Shown here: one piece after another, positions 41,207 to 44,432 of the stretch | Position numbering within the stretch: the first letter of the stretch is position 1 | Layout of the letters: every line of letters starts with the position of its first letter | DNA from: a bacterium | GTDB lineage: Bacteria > SAR324 > NAC60-12 | DNA: 44,432 nt | Reading direction: 5' to 3' | Assembly: GCA_965233585.1 (NCBI GenBank) | Contig: CBDDTI010000670.1 | Span: 1-44,432, forward strand | The notes under the pieces: generated by a model | The model's database searches: none | What the model was told of the DNA's origin: nothing | What the model saw: only the letters and a program-made list of their open reading frames with translations | Made by a program: the position numbers and the translations under genes

Positions 41207-42550
41207 ATGGGCGTACCTGAAAAAAGCGGAATTGCCGGATTGGCCGTTGAACAAAACGACGGCACTGAAAGTGGTTTAGCGCTTCACTCACCGTTAGAAG
41301 TAGAAACAGGTTTATTAGACGGGGCTCACGTTATTTACAATAGCGTGGCTTCTATCACCAACACCGGACCGGTCGAATTTCTTGTTCCTCGCGATAACGA
41401 ATGCTCTTTTATACTAAATCAAACCAGACTTAGCGGCTATTTTGTAGTGACAAATGACAATGGTGAACAGGTAAAAAATGATACTAAAGTCACACTGGCT
41501 AATCATTTTGCCGCTTGTTTATTCAGCCAAGTAGAAGTATATTTAAACGGGGTCCAAGTAGCTGATTTAAGTTCGGCGGTCACTTATCCTTGGAGAATGT
41601 TCATACAATCATTTCTAAGTTACAATTCGGAGGTGAAAAAAACTTATCTGGCTGCCGAAGGTTATTATCCCGAAAATGCTGACGAAGTTGATACCATAAA
41701 TGTTACAACCGCCACACCGTCTTTGAATAAAAGAAAGCAGTTAATTACGGATGGTAAAAAAGTGTATTTTAATACGCGCTTAGCCGTTGATCTGTTTGAC
41801 ACCGACAGATTTTTACCTCCGAATGTGGACATCAAAATTAAGCTAGTTAGATCCGCTGAAAAGTTTGGTTTGCTTCAAGATGCTGCGGCAGAAAAACCTT
41901 TTAAAATTGTTTTAAAAGATGTCAAATTACATATGAGAAAGGTGTTGCCCACATTATTGCTACGGGAAAGTTTTAAAAACAAACTGTTAAAAGAACCGTG
42001 CTACCTGCCCTTTAGCGCCACACGTTTAAGACATTATGTTATTCCTCAAGGCGTGTCGTCCTTTAACATCGCCAATATCGCTAATGGTACTTTGCCGAAA
42101 CAAGTGTTTTTTGTGATGGTTCACAATCAAGCCATGTCACACGCCCCGGACAAAAACCCTTTCAATTTTCAACATTTTAATCTGTCTACTTTTAATTTAA
42201 AAAAGAACGGACAATGCGTATTTCCCAGACCATTTCAACCTAATATAAATGAGGGGGACGCCATTGACTTGTATCGGCATTTATACGACAGTATTGGCAT
42301 TTCGCACGGCAATCAATCCATTGGTTTAACGTATGAACAATATTTAAAGGGAAGATTTTTTCTAGCGGCCGATTTAACACCGGATCAATGTAATTCGTTC
42401 CACGTACATCCGGAAAATTACGGAAATTTAGATTTAGAATTGGCTTTTTCCGTAATAACTCCTCATCCTATATACGTTCTGGCTTTTTCTGTTTTTAACT
42501 CCGGCATTAAAATAGATCAATTCCAACAAGTCATAAAAGGAACAAATTAA
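41207..42550 (+). CDS. Major capsid protein, copy C
   Basis: Intact homologue of 21964-23307. Confidence 0.9.
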   Translation: MGVPEKSGIAGLAVEQNDGTESGLALHSPLEVETGLLDGAHVIYNSVASITNTGPVEFLVPRDNECSFILNQTRLSGYFVVTNDNGEQVKNDTKVTLANHFAACLFSQVEVYLNGVQVADLSSAVTYPWRMFIQSFLSYNSEVKKTYLAAEGYYPENADEVDTINVTTATPSLNKRKQLITDGKKVYFNTRLAVDLFDTDRFLPPNVDIKIKLVRSAEKFGLLQDAAAEKPFKIVLKDVKLHMRKVLPTLLLRESFKNKLLKEPCYLPFSATRLRHYVIPQGVSSFNIANIANGTLPKQVFFVMVHNQAMSHAPDKNPFNFQHFNLSTFNLKKNGQCVFPRPFQPNINEGDAIDLYRHLYDSIGISHGNQSIGLTYEQYLKGRFFLAADLTPDQCNSFHVHPENYGNLDLELAFSVITPHPIYVLAFSVFNSGIKIDQFQQVIKGTN

Positions 42551-42553
42551 ATT

Positions 42554-43036
42554 ATGGAAAACGGATTATCAAATATCTTTTTATCCAATTATATTCGACC
42601 AAGATGTAAATATTTCATCGGGGTTTTTTCAAGCGATAATTTGCCGTCCGATTCGCTTGAGTTGCCTTGTTGCTTAATCACCAACTTATCCAAAAAAAAT
42701 CAAAAAGGATCACATTTCATAGCGATGTATATCAACGGAAAAAATCAACTCTATTATTTTGATTCATTCGGTTTTTTACCGCCGATATGGAATCAATGTT
42801 TAATGAAGTTCTTACGGCCTTGGATAGAAAAAAACTCATTCAAAACAATCCTGTCTTATTCCGTTCAGGATTTTCGTTCTTTGTTTTGCGGCTGGTACGT
42901 GACCGCTTTCTGTTTATCCGTGGGCAACAATTTAATGTCTCCTCAACAATTTGTTAAAATTTTTGTAAAAAAACCCAAAATAAAAAATGATGAAATTGTA
43001 ACTCATTTTATAAAAAAACTTGAAAATAAACGATGA
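42554..43036 (+). CDS. Adenain-like protease, copy C
   Basis: Intact homologue. Confidence 0.93.
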   Translation: MENGLSNIFLSNYIRPRCKYFIGVFSSDNLPSDSLELPCCLITNLSKKNQKGSHFIAMYINGKNQLYYFDSFGFLPPIWNQCLMKFLRPWIEKNSFKTILSYSVQDFRSLFCGWYVTAFCLSVGNNLMSPQQFVKIFVKKPKIKNDEIVTHFIKKLENKR

Positions 43037-43053
43037 TATATATTTTACTTTCA

Positions 43054-43899
43054 TTATAATTTCGGGTATTTTCCCGGAAAAAGTAATTTTTTTTTAACAG
43101 CATCTGCATCAGTTGTTGAAAGTTTTTTTGATTTAGATCTAGTTTGTACGGGTGAAATAGTAAAAGTTTTCTTTTTTGCACCTCCTGATCCTGTTTTGAG
43201 GGATGACATTGAAGCCGAAGGCGATTTTGATGCTTGTGAAGAGACCGAGGCTATATCTTTACCAATTTTTTCTGTGTCAAATATGGACAATTCTTTCATA
43301 TGATCTCTTACAAGGTGTTTGCCGAATTGCGCATCGTCAACATACTGCTTCCCGCATGCGGTAAAAGGACAAACTATTTTGCCGTCTGAATTTTTTTGTG
43401 TCAATGCCTTTATAACAGGCGAATTTCGCCATTCTGGCACGTCAGGAGTTGAAGTATCGTCCTTGCTTTTTGGTCTTGAAGCGGTATAAAACAAGTCTGG
43501 ATCGGGTTCCCTTTCCATAACGGGAGTAGTGGGCAAAAACTGAGCGGTATTTTCTTTTTGTTGGGGAGTATGAGCGGTTGTTGATCTTGAAATAGATTGA
43601 TACATACGACCCGTACTGCTATCGACTTGTACTGGCGGCATAACATTTGATATATTATCAGAACCAAAACGGTACAATTTATCACCGCTTTGATTCATTT
43701 TTTGCCTGTCTTGTAAATTTTTAAAATTAATGGCATTTTCGATGTAATTGGACGTATTTGGTTTTTCATTCATAGAAATAAGTTCTTTTTTTGTTTCATT
43801 ATCTTCTATATTTTTTATTAAAGAATGATATAGCCTTTTGGGGACTAAAAACATGGAGTATATTTCATCATTTGTTTTTCTTTTCACGCCTGAACTCAT
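43054..43899 (-). CDS. C2H2 zinc-finger protein, copy C
   Basis: Intact homologue of 20615-21460. Confidence 0.75.
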   Translation of the reverse strand: MSSGVKRKTNDEIYSMFLVPKRLYHSLIKNIEDNETKKELISMNEKPNTSNYIENAINFKNLQDRQKMNQSGDKLYRFGSDNISNVMPPVQVDSSTGRMYQSISRSTTAHTPQQKENTAQFLPTTPVMEREPDPDLFYTASRPKSKDDTSTPDVPEWRNSPVIKALTQKNSDGKIVCPFTACGKQYVDDAQFGKHLVRDHMKELSIFDTEKIGKDIASVSSQASKSPSASMSSLKTGSGGAKKKTFTISPVQTRSKSKKLSTTDADAVKKKLLFPGKYPKL

Positions 43900-43902
43900 C
43901 CT

Positions 43903-44277
43903 TTAACGACGATGTTGTAAGCACTTTTTTGCAATAATTTGAGCTAAAATAGGGACGATAATGCTGGCAATTGCCGATAAAGTTCCTAAAATTTCGCCCC
44001 TTTGTAGTATTGTTCTTTTTTTTGAAATGTCGGAAGAGCGACGAGGCGGCGTGGCAAGACGTCTGAACTCCCCTAAATGAGCTCTTATTTTTTTCTGAAG
44101 TCGTGTTCGCACTTCGCCATGTAAGGGCAATTCGCCGTTCAAAACATAATGTAAAATACGACAAAGCAATTCAACGCCGCGATCGTCCAAATAATTTAAA
44201 AAATTAGCGCAATCTTTATGTTTTAATTTTTTTATTGCATTAAAAAGCGAATTAGCTTTTTCTAATTTTTTTGACAT
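43903..44277 (-). CDS. Small core protein, copy C (QRGG changed to QRGE)
   Basis: Homologue of 20237-20611. Confidence 0.7.
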   Translation of the reverse strand: MSKKLEKANSLFNAIKKLKHKDCANFLNYLDDRGVELLCRILHYVLNGELPLHGEVRTRLQKKIRAHLGEFRRLATPPRRSSDISKKRTILQRGEILGTLSAIASIIVPILAQIIAKKCLQHRR

Positions 44278-44323
44278 TTTAACAGTAATTATTTTTAATT
44301 TTTCTTAAATAGATATGAAATTT

Positions 44324-44432
44324 TTAAACAGTAACGTAGGCTTTCATTAATCCTTCATAAGGAAAGATGTTACTTCGAATTCTGACTTTATCGTCTTGCT
44401 GTTGATGAAAATCTAGAAGAAGATATCCGTGA
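44324..44432 (-). CDS. 3' end of packaging ATPase, copy C (partial)
   Basis: Reverse complement encodes HGYLLLDFHQQQDDKVRIRSNIFPYEGLMKAYVTV*. Confidence 0.9.
   Translation of the reverse strand, partial: HGYLLLDFHQQQDDKVRIRSNIFPYEGLMKAYVTV

Larger units (their letters stand above)
35430..44432 (-). mobile_element. Polinton copy C, inverted, running off the window end
   Basis: Reverse-complement homologue of ~20082-28162 plus additional distal sequence. Confidence 0.95.

Overview
Eukaryotic, probably invertebrate, repeat-dense locus made almost entirely of mobile or viral DNA; no host gene is evident. The TATA plus TCAKTY promoters and ~55-65 nt introns look arthropod-like (inference). (1) 1-~7600: a decayed Ty3/Gypsy LTR retrotransposon (gag, PR, RT, RH, IN) with a chuvirus-like env, followed by a tRNA-Trp primer-binding site and a 53-bp palindromic tandem array. 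(2) ~8500-28162: a near-complete Polinton/Maverick (adintovirus-like) endogenous virus with pPolB, packaging ATPase, adenain protease, major capsid, a doubled minor capsid and a chromodomain integrase. Unusually, it also encodes its own adjacent TBP-like and TFIIB-like proteins. Its pPolB is split by five GT-AG introns, one of which holds a nested antisense gene, and it has two more four-exon accessory genes. (3) 28161-31419: a tandem duplication of its right part. (4) 31420-~35390: an APE/RT non-LTR retrotransposon. (5) ~35430-44432: an inverted second copy of the Polinton, whose distal small genes are diverged paralogues of the genes at the left end. Best candidate for a new system: a Polinton-like virus with a self-encoded basal transcription-initiation module (TBP plus TFIIB, possibly a PC4-like factor) and a spliced early / compact intronless late gene layout. 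All calls are by eye from motifs; no searches were run.
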